DNA of 64,000 bases from positions 332,196,001-332,260,000 of the forward strand of contig OZ024741.1 in the NCBI GenBank assembly GCA_964016885.1, in the 5' to 3' direction. Under the pieces are notes generated by a model. That model made no database searches. It was given only the letters and a program-made list of their open reading frames with translations, and was not told where the DNA came from. How positions within the stretch are numbered: the first letter of the stretch is position 1; each line of letters opens with the position of its first letter. Origin of the DNA: Eledone cirrhosa. Lineage: Eukaryota. A program made the position numbers and the translations under genes. This document shows, one piece after another, positions 13,282 to 28,535 of this stretch.

Positions 13282-13496
13282 TTAACCCTTTACCATTTAA
13301 ACCAGCCATATCGAGGCCAGAATTCTCTCACCTCTTTCTGTTCAAACCGGCCATAGCCAGCCACTCATACTGATGTTAAGGTATTGTTCTCAAAATAAAT
13401 AACATCAAAATCTCATAGATTTAATATTATGAGATAAAGCTTTTACCATGAAAATACAATAGTAAATATAGAATAATGTAAATGTTAAAGGGTTAA
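13282..13496 (+). mobile_element. piggyBac-like MITE
   Basis: TTAA-CCCTTT...AAAGGG-TTAA ends; homologous copies at 30719-30898 (-) and 41269-41496 (+). Confidence 0.75.
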
Positions 13497-13676
13497 CGCT
13501 TGATATAGTAGGAAAAGAGTCTTTATGTTTCATACAATAGTCCTTCATCCTTCATCAGAATATAGAATGAGAAATAAAAAAATGAAACAGAAAGATAGAC
13601 AGTGAAAAGAGGAAGGAACGAAGCAGTTTTTATTTAGAAAAAAGCACGTGTGTATTCAGTCAGCCATTTTGGAGAA

Positions 13677-13743
<67 letters not shown>

Positions 13744-14337
13744 ATTCTACATCATTTTTGTATTCATTTTGCAAGATTTTCTATGTGAAATCATGTGTTG
13801 AAACAAATAACCATCTGGTTACTAAACTAAGCAAGGAATGGAGTAAATTACCTGACTAAAAATAAAACCTGAGTTAAACATAACTTGTGCGTGTGTTTTT
13901 ATTGGCAGTATAACCCTCCCAGAGTATAACAATATATTTTTTTTTTAATTTGAAAGCAGCATCAACGTTGTTTGACTATGCAAAATAGTCTAATAAGTTG
14001 AGCTTATATACCTGGCGATGGAAAAAAATTGTAAAGCACTGCTAATGGGCCTTGAGTGGGGTGTGCTGTACAAATTTTTTCTGTTTCCAGAGTTTACATA
14101 CCCAACTTAGACTATTTTTCATAGTCAAATAACATTGAATCTTGTAACTTTCAAATTAAAACAAAAACAGAAGTCAGATGTAGGTAGATAGTTAGTTCAT
14201 TATTTTACAATCGTTTAAGAGGATCAATTGGTCGATGGAGATCAATGCATCGACTAGCATGGTAGATAGAGGTTAAGTTACTACCTATTTCTAGTTTCGA
14301 AATCCCTGTTCAATTAGCCATGCTCAGTACAAACACA

Positions 14338-14418
<81 letters not shown>

Positions 14419-14964
14419 ATACATATATATATGTATGTATATATATACACACATATATGTCTTATATATTCTTCCTCTGTATCTGCCTACCAAATTTCAT
14501 TCACAAGGCTTTGGTGGACTAAAGGCTATAGTAGAAAGAAATTGTCCAAGGTATAGTGTAATGGGACAGACTCCAGAACCATATGGGGTGAAAACAAACT
14601 CCTTAATCACACAGCCATGACTTCCCAATTAGATGTAATCCATCTGCCAATAAGGGTTGTAGCATTGAGGTGCACAGTGTCACAGACTCACCAAAGATTG
14701 TGCTGTTGAGCAGGAGTTTCTTTACCTACATCAGTTGGTGACCCCAATTAGCTCTGGTGTTACAGTGGAATGGGCCAAAACACCTAAAGAGTTCCTTCAC
14801 TACCTGATGAGACATAGACTCTTGCATTTGGAGACAGAGTACAGCAGCACCCTCAATGTGTATACTAATACCTGTATGCGTGTGGGTGTCTATTATTAAG
14901 TACTAATATGTGTGCATAAGAATATGTTTGTATGTGGGAATAAATGTGTGTTAATATGTCTATA

Positions 14965-16256
14965 TATGAGGTGGTATCAAACATTTTCTGGACTAGCTTT
15001 ATAGCGCGCCAACAGATAACAGCACAGGGTTGCACGCACAGTGATAGTTAGCTATAACTGTCATAAGTAAGTGTATCAAGTGACATAATTGTGTTTACAT
15101 CGTGAGTTGTTAAAGTAGTGTTTTTATGATTATGTCTCTGTGCAAGTCTATGATTACATCATGGACATCAAGTTGGAACAAAGAGCCAATATGAAATTTT
15201 GCATTAAACATGGAAAATCAGACAGACAAATTGAAAATGCTTCAGGAATCTTACAGCCATGAGGCAATGGGTAGTTTGCAATGTTTCAAGAGGCATGGAC
15301 GCTTCCAAAACAGAAGAACGTCCCTGAAAGTCAACAAGCAATTTGGAAGACCTCCAACAATGTGCATCAATCCAGGAAATGCTGTAAAATTAGGCAACTT
15401 TTGTATGAGGATCTTCGGATGAGTTTTTTAACATTGTTGGTGTGTCGTATGGGTTAGTGCAGGCAATCCTAATGTCTGAACTGAACATGCGGCATATCAC
15501 TGACAAGTTTGTCCCCCGCCTGCTGACACAAAAACAGAAGGAAAATCGCGTAGGAAATTGCTAAGATCTTAAATGGAGTGCAGTGGATAAGCCATCATTA
15601 ATGTCAAGGATCATCACTGGTGACAAGTCTTGGGTTTACAGGTATGATCCAGAGTCAAAGCAACAGTCAATGCTTGGAAGACTCTATCATTTTCACCACC
15701 AAAGAAGGCAAGACAGAGCCACAGTTCAATCACGAGCATGCTCCTCTTTTTTGATATTGTTCATCAAAAATTTGTTCCCCAGGGCCAGACTATCAAAAAG
15801 AAGTTTTACTGTGAGGCATTTGAGGAAGAACATTCAGCAAAAGCAACTGGATCTGTGGCACACAAAGAACTGGATTCTCTATGACGACAATGCACAGTTA
15901 CCAAGCACTCATTGTCCACGAGTTACTCACCAAGCACAACATGCCATTGCTTCCATACCTGCCCTACCCAACAGATTTAGCTCCTGCAGACTTCTTCCTT
16001 TTCTCAAATATGAAAATCAAGCTCAAAAGTCACCATTTTAACACCATTGCTAAGATCCAGCATGAATTACAGAAGGTTCTTGACAACCTTACAAAAGATG
16101 ACTTTGAGGCCACATTCCAGGAGTGGCAGAAATGCTGGGATTGGTGCATTGCTGGGCAAGGAGACTACTTTGAAGGAGATGGTGTTTAAACTTATGTAAA
16201 TAAAGTCCTTTTTTAAATAAAAAGCCAGTTTGTTAAGTTTTTAACTTACCCCTGTA
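14965..16256 (+). mobile_element. Decayed full-length mariner transposon with frameshifted transposase (~15161-16189)
   Basis: Start MDIKLEQRANMKFCIKHGKS; IITGDKSWVYRYDPE; ILYDDNA; LPYLPYPTDLAPADFFLF; WDWCIAGQGDYFEGD across several frames; degenerate TIRs tgaggtggtatcaaacattt / aagtttttaacttacccctg. Confidence 0.92.
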
Positions 16257-16474
16257 ATTGGTATAAGTGCATGTGTGTGTTGGTGCTAATAAGTGTGTGT
16301 TAGTGTATGTGTTAATATGTCTGCAAGTATATGCATGTGAAATATGCTTGTATAAGTATATGTGTGTGTGCTAATGTGTGTATGTGTGTTTGGTAATATG
16401 TCTGATTGTATGTTAATATATGTGTGAGTGTATAATTGCAAAGATATTTACTTTATATATGATATCACATGTAT

Positions 16475-16834
16475 AGTGGTGGTGATGGTGGTGGTTGTGG
16501 TGAGAGTTGTGGTGATGTGGTTGCATTAGTGTTGTTGTTGTGGTGGTGGTGGTGATAGTATTGGTGATGGTTGTGGTGGTGATAGTATCAGAATTGGTGG
16601 TGGTGGTAGTAACAGTGATAGTATCGGTGATGGTTGTGGTGGTAATGATTGCAGTGATAGTATTGGTGAGGGTTGTAGTGGTGATGGTAGTTGGAGTGAT
16701 AATTGTAGTGGTGGTGGTGAGGGTTGATAGTGATGATGGTGGTGGAGTTGGTGATGGTAGTGGTCAATCTGATCATAGAAAAATTAATAACATTCAGTAT
16801 TTCTTCAAACTCTTTTTCCTGTGCTCATCATCGT

Positions 16835-16869
<35 letters not shown>

Positions 16870-17122
16870 CTGCCCTCCCCACCAACACCACTATCAACTT
16901 CAAAACCAACACCACCACCAACACCAACACCAACACCACCACTACTAATACCAACCTCAACTCCACCAACACCACTACTACCAAACACCACCACCAACAA
17001 CACCAACAACACCAACACCAACACCAACACCAACACCAACAACACCACCACTAATACCAACCCCACCAACACCAACACCAACACCAACACCACCAACCCC
17101 ACCAACACCAACACCACTACCC
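16475..17122. repeat. (GGT)n, (CAT)n and (ACCAAC)n microsatellites
   Basis: Low-complexity tracts seen directly. Confidence 0.85.
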
Positions 17123-17274
17123 AAAAGATAAATAAATAATAGATAACTGAAATATCATACACATCATTGGGAAAAGAAGGGAGAAAAGAGGAGAGGGGGG
17201 GGTTAATGTAGTGAATGATAAGTAAATGTATAGTGATATTGAAAGCAGGTGAACTCAGAAAGATGGAGAAGATA

Positions 17275-17313
<39 letters not shown>

Positions 17314-18177
17314 ACATATTGCACTTATGCTGATCTAGCAAATAGATTCCATTTTGATATAAATGATATTATATAAGTTAAAGAATTTCCTCTGGAAATT
17401 GCAGCACAACTACTCATAGACAACAAAGAAATATTGGTGAGAATAAGTTGTGCATTTGGTACAAATTCTTCACAATTCTTTAATAAATTCTAAGTGTTTG
17501 GAGCTGTCCCATGCAATCTAAGTATCTACTTCTTGTTACATCCATCATACAGAATATTTTCAGGGGTGTTTGACTTCAAACATTTGTAATTCCTTTTGTT
17601 TACTTTATTTCTAAAGTAGTATAGTTAATATATGAAGTATAGTTAATATATGAAGCATTGTGGGATATGTAATAAATGACGTTTATGTTAGGGAAGAACA
17701 CATCGATTGTTCATTTTTGTTTTGAACTGTTTTCGTTTTTACATTTGAAAAGAGGGTAATAATTCTGAAATATCATGTTGTAATATACTGGGTAAAACAT
17801 TACTTTGTTTTGTTTTATATGTCATCTTTTGAGCTTTATATATTTTTACTGCATCCTACTGGTTTTCTGAAACTTATCAGTCATTTTACTTTTAATTAAA
17901 ACCATTACCTAAGATTATCAAATCGTTATTAATCTAGTGTTTGAGGCTTAACTTTTTACATAAAATTATGATTGAAGGAATTATAGATAAATATTAACAC
18001 CTTAACCCATTCAATACCATATTTCTAATGAAAGACGCTGCCTATGATTTTCAAATAATTTGGAAAATAATCAATAACTTGGAAGGATTTTAGAATATAA
18101 CTTTCACAATATTAAGCTAGTGTTTGGAGCATACATAAAATTATGATGAAAAGAGTTTTAGATAAATAAAATTTTCA

Positions 18178-18656
18178 TTGTGTCACCAGCATGACCAGTT
18201 TATATGTTGGACTGGGTACTTTTTGACATGTCACCAACACAACCACTTTACAGGGTGGGCCGAGTGCTTTTGGACACGTCATTAACACAACCACTTTTCA
18301 CAGTCGGCTGGGTGCATTTTATCTTGTCACCAACACACTCCCTTTACAGAGTTGACCAGGTGCTATTTGTTGTGTCACCAACATGACCACTTTATAAGGT
18401 GGACTGGATAATTTTTCATTGTCACCAGCATTACCACTTTACAGGGTGGGCTGGGTGCTTTTTTATCATGTCACCAACATGACCAATTTACAGGGTGGGC
18501 CTGATACTTTTTGTCATGTCACGAACACAGCCACTTTACAAGGTGGACTGGGTACTTTATGTCATGACACCAAATATCATTCACTTTACAGTGTGGACCA
18601 GGTACTTTTGTTGTGTCCTCAACACAACCATTTCACATGGTGGACCAGGTGCTTTT
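18178..18656. repeat. ~39-bp minisatellite derived from the RTE 3'UTR repeat
   Basis: About 12 units of tgtcaccaacatgaccactttacagggtggactgggtgcttttt. Confidence 0.85.
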
Positions 18657-19561
18657 GATAATGCTTAATGTTCAATTTCAGTAAATGCCCATAAAAAATA
18701 TGTAAAGTAAGAGAATTTATTTGATATGAAACTTTCAAGACAGAACTTTTAACATCTTCTAAGATGTAGAAATAAAACAAAAAATCTTTTTTGGGGGAAA
18801 AAATAAATAAAATAAATTTCCATCTAAACAAGCATAAAAAAACCCACTCATCTTACAAAGTGAAAAAACCCACACATGCATACATACCCTCAAACACACA
18901 CCCACACATCCATATATATATGTACAAACACACATACACAAAACAAAAACCACTCATCTTACAAACTGAAAGAATCTCACACAGAGACACAGTCATACAA
19001 CACTCACACACATACATAGGCTCATACAAAAACACACAGTCACATATACAGTAACACACACTTACACAAGGACATACACATATGCACATATACATATACA
19101 TACACATAATAACCCCAAAAAGAAAAAGAGCACACACATACACACATATACATACACACACACATCCACACATACATACATACATACGTACATACGTACG
19201 TACATATATACATACATACATACATACAAAAAGCAAAATGAGTTACAAATATTTCAGACGTTTCCATGTTAGATCTTATTGAAAAAGGAAAAGAAAAAAA
19301 GGTTTCTTGTAGGTTCTTGTTCTGTGAGAATACTGTTGCCAGTAAGATAATATCTGACAGCAGTATTTACCGATATCACTATAATGATATCTTTGCAGGG
19401 GAGGGGGTTATAGAAATCAATAATTAGCATGGTTTTTAACAAAGTATAGTGTCACTAGAAATACATCATCTATCCTAACACAAATTGCTGACTCACACAA
19501 CAGAAACCTTGCACAACTAATGTATATATACACATATATATTTATATATATGTGTGTGTGC

Positions 19562-19617
<56 letters not shown>

Positions 19618-19674
19618 ACACCATCATATACATATATATATGTATATATACACACACACACATATATATATATA

Positions 19675-19734
<60 letters not shown>

Positions 19735-19995
19735 TAGATATACATATATGTATTATATGAATACAGGTATATAATAAATGTATATACCACCCACCATACA
19801 CACACAAATATAATATGCTTGACATATGCCCATAAATATACATACAGGTATGTGTGTGAGTATATATATATATATATATACCTATACAGACATGTGTATT
19901 TATATAAATATATATCTACATACACATACAGGTATGTGTGTGTATATATATATGTGTGTGCATATAAATTTGTGTATACATGTCTATGTGTAAGC

Positions 19996-20030
<35 letters not shown>

Positions 20031-20569
20031 AACACCACACATACACACATAAATAATGTGTGTGCATGTGGTGTGTGTATATATCTATATTTGCAATATT
20101 TTGAAATATATAGCCACCATAGCTCTCACATTTGGAGATCAATAATTATTGTGTTGAAATGTTGATATAGATTACTAGAAAACATCGATATTTTAATCAA
20201 CATTAACCCACATCAATGGTAACACACATTGATAGTATTTATATATCATGTAAAATATACTTCTCTCCCTTTCTCCCTCATATATATATATATATACACA
20301 CACATACATTCATATATACACTATACACAAATAGATTTGCTCTTGACAGTAAAATATATATATGAGCCTAGACAGAAACCTGCACAGAACTATTGCTGTC
20401 AATATGCACATGACTGAGATTGGTGTATTGGTAGGATCAATAAAGCATTGGATAACTTTTGCTATCAATATACACACCTGAGTTGTTTCTGTTAACATGT
20501 ACAGAAGAGATGAGCCTTGCATATCTGTCACATCTTAACAACAATGAACATACATGCCTATACACACCT

Positions 20570-20688
<119 letters not shown>

Positions 20689-20869
20689 TAAACATACACA
20701 AATATACATATACATATATCATCATCATTTAACGTCCATTTTTCGATGCTTTCATATATATATATATATATCTGTCTCCGTGGCCTAATGGTAGGTATTA
20801 GAGACGGTGGAGAACCTGCTCTGGGTTTCGATCTCAGTCAAAGTCTATAGATAATATATATATATATAT

Positions 20870-21203
20870 CATCATCATCATTTTACGTCCGCTTTTTCCC
20901 TGCTTGCAAGGGTGGGACGGGAACTGATGCTGGCTTGATTTCTACAGCTGGATGCTCTTCCTAACACCAACCCCATTTACAGTGAGTGCTGGGTGCTTTT
21001 TTTCCGTGCCGCCGACACGTCCACTTTACAGTGAAATAATAGGGACCCCAGTCCTATTATCTTATTTCTACAGCTGAGTAAACTGGAGCAATGTGAAATA
21101 AAGTGTCTTGCTCAAGGAAACAACACATCACCCGGTCTGAGAATTGAACTCACAACCTTTCGATTGCAAGCCCAATGCTCTAACCACTAAGCCATGTGCC
21201 TCC
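20870..21203 (-). mobile_element. Chimeric SINE: tRNA-derived head joined to an RTE-derived tail
   Basis: Minus strand reads tggcttagtggttagagc (A box) ... gagttcaattc (B box) ... ccttgagcaagacac, then the RTE 3'UTR ending in (GAT)n. Confidence 0.75.
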
Positions 21204-22321
21204 ATATATATATATATATATACACATACACACATACATACATACACAAATATACATACACAAATATACATACATACACATATATGCATACATACATACA
21301 TATATACATACACATATACATACGTACATATATATATATACACATACATATGTGCATTTATGTATGTATGATTGTCAGCCAACCCCCTTGTGGTCAAGGC
21401 TGACTGTCCACCAGATTTAACATTTATTGACCATCAGATATCAGTGTATGTCCAGTCACTGACCAAACATTTATCTTTTCATGGAAGATGTGATGTGTTG
21501 GTCACTTCTCACTGATTTTCACACTCATATCTCTCATTAAATTAAATGGTTCATGCCCTGGCAAAATACAAAATTTTCAGCTATGGGCTTGTTATGAAGA
21601 CATGGGGAAGTATTTGGGGGACTCGGAGGTATTATGTCTCCCTGCCGGCTCCTTGCTCCTGCTCCCCTTATTTTCTATGGTAGACCCTCAGATTTATTCT
21701 GAACAAAACTCCACCTTAGAATTACTGCAAATTAGAGTGGTCTTCCAGAATAAATGTTTGAAAACTGTGGCTTTGGATAAAACATTGTTTTGTGAGATGT
21801 GTGTAGTGAGGTCCTGTAACCCCTAATGGAGTTTTAGGGGTACTGTATTGATATATGGCATTTTTAGGGCATTTTAAAACCTGTGGAACCTATCCCTTCT
21901 TCAGGTCTGAATACAGCAGATTTATTCCAGAAAAGGTCAGAGGTTGAGAGAATGGAAGTGAGAAAGAGATATAGAGAAAGAATAGATCCCAGTACTAGGT
22001 GTTACTTTTTTTTAAAGTTGACCTTGTTGGGATTTGAATTCAGAGAACCGGAACGAATACAGCAACATTTCAATGATTACCAATTCCCCACCTGTTTTGG
22101 GACATACAGAAGCCAAAGTATGTCTGTCATTTCTGTGTATACATTATAGAATAGGTACACTGAATCCTTGCATGTCATAATAAATGACTAAAAGGGGTTG
22201 TATCAAATTGTCCTGTCCAACCCATAGCAACATAAATGAGTCTATATATGTGTGTGTGAGTGTGTATGTGTGTGTATGTGTGTGTGAGTGTGTGTGTGTG
22301 TGCGCCGTATGTGTGTATGAG

Positions 22322-22645
22322 TGTGAAGGTAGTGGCTTAGTGGCTAGAGAGGTGGATTCTCTATTGTGAGGATGTGAGTTTGTTTTCTGGATCGGTCTTG
22401 AGCAAGACACTTTATTTCACATTGGTCCAATTCACTCAGCTTTAGTTGCAACGTCACTGATACCAAGCTGTATCAGCCTTTGTCTTTTCCTTGGACAACA
22501 TCAGTGGTGTGAAGAGAGGAGATTAACATGCATGGGAGACTGCTGGGCTTCCACACAAACAACTTGCCTGGACTTGTGCCTCAGAAGGGAAACTTTCTAG
22601 GTTCAAATCCTTTGGTCACTTGAGACCAAAGGGCATCTTTACCCC
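22322..22645 (+). mobile_element. tRNA-derived SINE
   Basis: tggcttagtgg A box and ttgagcaagacactttatttcacatt core; homologue at 50888-51220. Confidence 0.75.
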
Positions 22646-22701
22646 TTTTATGTCTGTGTGTGTGTATATATATGTATATATCTTGAGAGTGGGGGGGGGG
22701 G

Positions 22702-22732
22702 GACATTTCGGGCATAAGCCCTTCATCAGGAG
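22702..22732 (-). ncRNA. Minimal hammerhead-like motif
   Basis: Minus strand: CTGATGA-a-GGGC ttat GCCC-GAAA-tgTC; the 3' partner of stem I is replaced by a C run. Confidence 0.6.
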
Positions 22733-22799
22733 AAAAGTGGGCAGGAAAAGAGTTCCGAGGGTGTGAGGGGGAGTGGTGGAAAGATATTAAAGGGAGGGC

Positions 22800-23198
22800 A
22801 TGGGTCTGAGACTTGGACACTGACCAAGAAACTCACTCAGATGGTGGATGGGTGCTACACGAGAATGCTGAGGATGGCTCTGAACATTAATCAGTATACA
22901 CTGAGGATGAAAAACTCAGAGCTGTATGGGAGCATCCCAAAAGTCAGCTCAAAAGTGACACAGAGGAGACTGAGGTTAGCTGGACATGCTCACCGACATC
23001 CAGAGTTGACATTGCACTCAGTACTCCTTTGGGAGCCCCTACATGGACACACTAGAAGAGGAAGACCAAGGTTAACGTATGTTGATGCCCTAAGGTCAGA
23101 CACTGGTCTGTTGGAGATGCAGGACATGGCAGCGATAATGAGGGACAGAGACCGCTGGAGAGAACTCGTCCATGGATCTCGGGAATTTTACCCGCCTT

Positions 23199-23200
<2 letters not shown>
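22800..23200 (+). mobile_element. RTE-clade LINE 3' end, 5'-truncated, frame still open
   Basis: GSETWTLTKK..VDGCYTRMLRMALNI..RRLRLAGH..LLWEP..RGRPRLTYVD..DRDRWR followed by (TA)n. Confidence 0.9.
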
Positions 23201-23269
<69 letters not shown>

Positions 23270-23287
23270 TACATATATATGTAGATA

Positions 23288-23486
23288 CAAGGGTTGGCTG
23301 AAAAGTTTGTAGGCTGACTATGAAGGAGTAATGTTAGAGCTGTGAAATCTTGCATGCATTAATTTTAATTCTTTTTATTAATAACTGTATTGTTTATTTC
23401 TAAGGACCATGTTGAAAAATAACCCTCATTTGGTCATTCCATGAGAGTATCTTAGTCAGCCTATAAACATTTTCAGTCAACCCTTG
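23288..23486. mobile_element. Mariner-type MITE
   Basis: Same family as 3891-4089, TA flanks. Confidence 0.85.
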
Positions 23487-24350
23487 TATATATATGTCCC
23501 ATCCAACCCATGAAAGCATGAAAGATCTATGTGTGTGTATAAAGTCTAGATGAAAGGATTTTTCTTATGTCTGTATGTTTACATCACTGAATCTAAGGCG
23601 GATGAGGACCAGTTGTGGTTGAGAAGATGGGAGAACTATGTTGTACATGTGTGTATGTGTTTGTGTGTATCTCAGTGTACATGAATGTATGTCCGTGTAC
23701 ATGAGTGTATGTATGTATACTTGAGTGTAAGTATGTACATGTGCATATGTGAGTGTACATGTTTGTATGTCAGTATACATGTGTGCATGTGTACTTGTGT
23801 ATGTATGTACATGAGTGTAAGTAAGTGTATGTGAGTGTACGTACATGTGTGTATGTGAGTGTAAATGTGCATATGAGTACATGTGTGTACATGTGTGTAC
23901 ATGAGTGTAAGTGTGTGTATGCATGTACATGTAGATATGTATATATATGGGAGACAGACAGACAGACAGACATAGATAGAGCAAGGAAGGATGGGAAGTC
24001 CGTAGTAGTTCTTCATCTAAATACAACATGGATGTTTGAAGTATTTACCTGCAGCAGTAGCAGAGGTTTTGGTTTGTGTGAGGTAATGAGAACTAAGGAA
24101 ACACCACAGTGGGGTGGAGGGAATGTCCCATTGATCTTAGAGACAAACAAATGAAGAGAAAGCTGAAATCAATAAGCTAGGCCATGCCATACCAACCTTA
24201 TTATACACTGCAAATTCTTTCCATGAACATGTGATATATATATACACACATTACACACACATTATATATACACACATTATATATACATACATATATACAG
24301 TAAATAATTGCGAAGGCCATATGAAATTATTCATAAATTTATTCCAATGA

Positions 24351-24431
24351 GTTATTATACATATTTCAGTGGAGTCGATGATTAGGTGATATAATCATCA
24401 TGTAACCATCAGCTTGACTTCATCAGATAAC
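24351..24431 (-). ncRNA. Type I hammerhead-like motif with intact core
   Basis: Minus strand: GTTAT-CTGATGA-AGT...(GATGATTA tatcacc TAATCATC)...ACT-GAAA-tatgta-TA-ATAAC; stem I is 5 bp. Confidence 0.7.
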
Positions 24432-24654
24432 ATTTTTACAGATAAGGTCAAACAACCTCTATAATTTATCTATAGTTTATTGATAGGAGGACCAGCATAC
24501 AACATGTTCATTCCTAGCTGGCCGGCCCTTGTATACTCTACCTTGGACTACCAAATAGAAATTTGGAATGTTACATGTCATTCAGTGCTTAAATCCAATT
24601 GCATTATTGTTAGTTGATTGGTGTGTAGATTATACAACCTTTATAAAAAAAATT

Positions 24655-25400
24655 ATATCATCATTACAATTTAACATCCATTTTCCCACCACACTAGGAT
24701 GTGATAGATGAGTTGTCCTGTTGTGAGACATGCCAAATCTGATGACCACGTCTTACTCATACAGAACTGATTTTGGCTTGGTTTCTACAACTGGTTGCCC
24801 TTCCTAACCCCCCCCCCCCCACACACACACACATTAACAGTCTGTGCTGTGTACTTTTTGCCATGACTCGTCCTACACGACCACTTTACAGTGTGGGCTG
24901 GGCACTTTTTATCATGACTCCTACATGACCACTTTACAGTGTGGACTGGGTGCTTTTTGTTATGACACCTACACAACCACTTCACAGTGTGGGCCGGACA
25001 CTTTTTGTCAAGTCGCCAACATGACCACTTTACAGTGTGGGCTGGGTGCTTTTTGTTGTGTCACTTACATGACTACTTTACAGTGTGGACTGGGTCCATT
25101 TTGTCTTGGCTCCAGGATGACCCCTTTATGGTGTGGGTTGGGGACTTTGGTGGGGTGAGAGTGGGAAAGATGCATGGGGAACTGGGGAGGTAGGTAAAGG
25201 GGTGGGATGATTACAGGGAAGGAGGTATACAGCTCGTACATATGGGAAGGTGGGTCTTCTGTATTACTGCATAGCCCCAGAGATGACAGTCCTGTCTCAT
25301 CGCCTTAGAGAGGTGTAATTGTGCAAGGTCAGCTTTTATCACCTCATCCCAAGTCTTCCTAGGCCTGCCCACTACTTCTATAGGGACTTAAGTACTAGAG
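24655..25400 (-). mobile_element. RTE 3' end with an internal ~39-bp minisatellite (24840-25140)
   Basis: Same layout as 44130-44720, with the accactttacagtgtggactgggtgc unit expanded. Confidence 0.7.
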
Positions 25401-26097
25401 TTGTTATAGTAAATTAATTCCACTAGCACTACAGTAAATTAATTTTGGCTAATTGACCAAACCTGGATACTCTTTATCTTATATTTAATGCTTTTAGAAT
25501 TTTTTAAATTTATTTTAATAGGCATTTTATTAACGATTCTATCACTGCAGTCTTTATCTACAACTTTACTTTTAAAATATTTCTGTGCAAAGTCTAGTTT
25601 TCCTCTAAAAGTGCAAATTGTGTAAAGATTCTGTATCAGCTCATTAATATCCTAATTCATCAATTTGGCCTATTATGAAAATTAATATAGTTGTCTTCAA
25701 ATCCTGAATTGGGTGGTTTTTTCAGATAACTAAGAAAGTAGCTGATAAATATATCCTACCATTCGGTCAACTTATACTATTCTTTGATTTGTTGCGATGC
25801 AGATTCTATAGACCTGTTGTCTGAAGGTCATAATAACATGCCTGTGAGAGCATACACACACAAACCCTAATATACTTTCTCAATAAATATATTTCTGCCC
25901 CCTCTCCATGATTATTCTGTCTAGAGGGGACAAGACAGATACACTTGATTGCACATATAGTCATATACATATAAACAATCACTAAGCCAGATATCTATAC
26001 ACATAATCACACACAACTACTCCCTCAACGAATAAGATACTTTCATGAAAAACTTTTTACAATTGAATAAACAATGTATGCCCTTATTTTGACAAAT

Positions 26098-26179
26098 GGC
26101 ACCTCCTGATGAGATAGCAAGTTAACCACAAAGGCCTTTGCCATTCAGTCTGGAACTAGCTTTTGAAACAGCAAGTGCT
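26098..26179 (+). ncRNA. Degenerate hammerhead-like motif
   Basis: gcac..CTGATGA-gatagcaagtt...aactagctttt-GAAA-cagcaa-gtgc; the cleavage triplet is not canonical. Confidence 0.4.
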
Positions 26180-26399
26180 CAGCCATCGGGGTCCTGACTC
26201 ATTCATATAACCATACTCTACTACCCCAAGTATGGAGTACTCTGGTAAGTAATGGTCTAACCAGTTTCTTACTGAATCCATCCTGATTTGTATATATACA
26301 TACATATATATCATCATCATCATCTTCGTTTAACGTCCATTTTCCACGCTAGCATGGGTTAGATATATATATATACACACACATACATATATATATATA

Positions 26400-26444
<45 letters not shown>

Positions 26445-27029
26445 CATAAATATAAATATATATATATACATACAAACATATATATACATACAAATATATA
26501 TATACATACACACATATATATATACACATACATACATAAAAACATATATATACACATACATACAAACATATATATATATACACATACATACATATATATA
26601 TATACACATACATACATATATACATGCATATATGTGTGCATATACGTATGTGTGTGCATATACATATGTGTGATTATACAATCACACACATAGATACTCA
26701 AACAAAACACATTTCCTCCTTACATGTCCAAAATTATCTCTCTCTCTCTCTGTTAACTAATTGTATATTACTGCCCTTTCTCTGAGATTATTCACTCTCT
26801 AATTATAGTGATTGTGATATCTATAAGCTTCTCTTCACATCTCACACATCTCTTTACATGACTTTCCGCCATTCTAGCTTCTAACCTACCACTTTATTTC
26901 ACTAGTCAACAATCATTCACAAGGCATAAAATAATTTCTACAAAATACATGACAATCTTTTACACACACTTGTGTAAAATACATGTTTCAAACACGTGAT
27001 GTTTTTCTTCTGCACATTTCTCTCTTGTG

Positions 27030-27587
<558 letters not shown>

Positions 27588-27719
27588 CTGGATTCAACAT
27601 AAGAAAATGTCTGATGTAAACCATTCAGATCAAAAAATGAAAATGAAATTTACATCCCACACATAAACAGGTGGTTTAGCTTTCTATAAGTTTGCATATC
27701 GTAGGAGGCTTCAAACATA

Positions 27720-28535
27720 TCCTGGGCATTAGATGGTAATACAAGATCAAAAACAAAGATGTGCTTCGAAGAGCCAATGCCATACACCTGAGTCATATCA
27801 TCAAGATCAGAAGAATGCAGCTGACAGGGCATGTCTTATGAATGGGGGGGCAATATACCAGCAAGAGCTGTAATGTCATGGTTGCCAGCTGGTAGGAAAA
27901 GACCAAAGTGTAGGACAAAAGAAGACCTGGAGAACCACCATAAAAAATGACATGTACAGGTGTGGCACAAACTAGTTTCAAGCACTAATCTTTACCAGAG
28001 ACAGATGGACGTGCATAGTGGTCCTTGCTGTGAGGCTTGAGAAAGTAGTACTTTACAAAAAAGCAACTCTATTGCAATCTACCTCCAATGTCTGATACAA
28101 TTTGAGAGAGGTGAACCAGATTTGCGAGACATTGCTGGAGAGCAAAAGAAGAAATTGTCAACAATGTGTTGTTATGGACAGCATGGCATAGACATCCCAG
28201 TGTAGGGAGATCTCACAGAACCTACACCAAACAGTTATATGAGGATGGTGAGTGCAATCTGGAAGACCTGGCCTCACGAACATGTTGGCAAACCTCACAG
28301 AACCTACATTAAACAACTATGTGAGGATACTGAGTGAAATCTGGAAAACCTTCTTCCACTAGCATGAAGGCAGACCTCACAGAACCTACATCAAATCTCT
28401 ATATGGGAACACTGAGTGAAATCTAGAGAAAGTGGCCCCTTGAGCAATGAGCAATGGACAACCAAGACAGATAGGAATGGAGAGTCATGGTAATCTCTGC
28501 TACCAGTATGCTAAGATGACAACGACAATGATGAG
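27720..28535 (+). mobile_element. Two degenerate RTE 3' fragments, the second with an 82-bp triplication
   Basis: RFARHCWRAKEEIVNNVLLW-like translation; ctcacagaacctaca at 28212, 28294 and 28376. Confidence 0.7.

Noticed and set aside
18178-18656. Regularly spaced repeats as a possible CRISPR array (also 706, 4790, 48178)
   Set aside because: Units are contiguous degenerate tandem repeats with no unique spacers, no cas genes and a eukaryotic context
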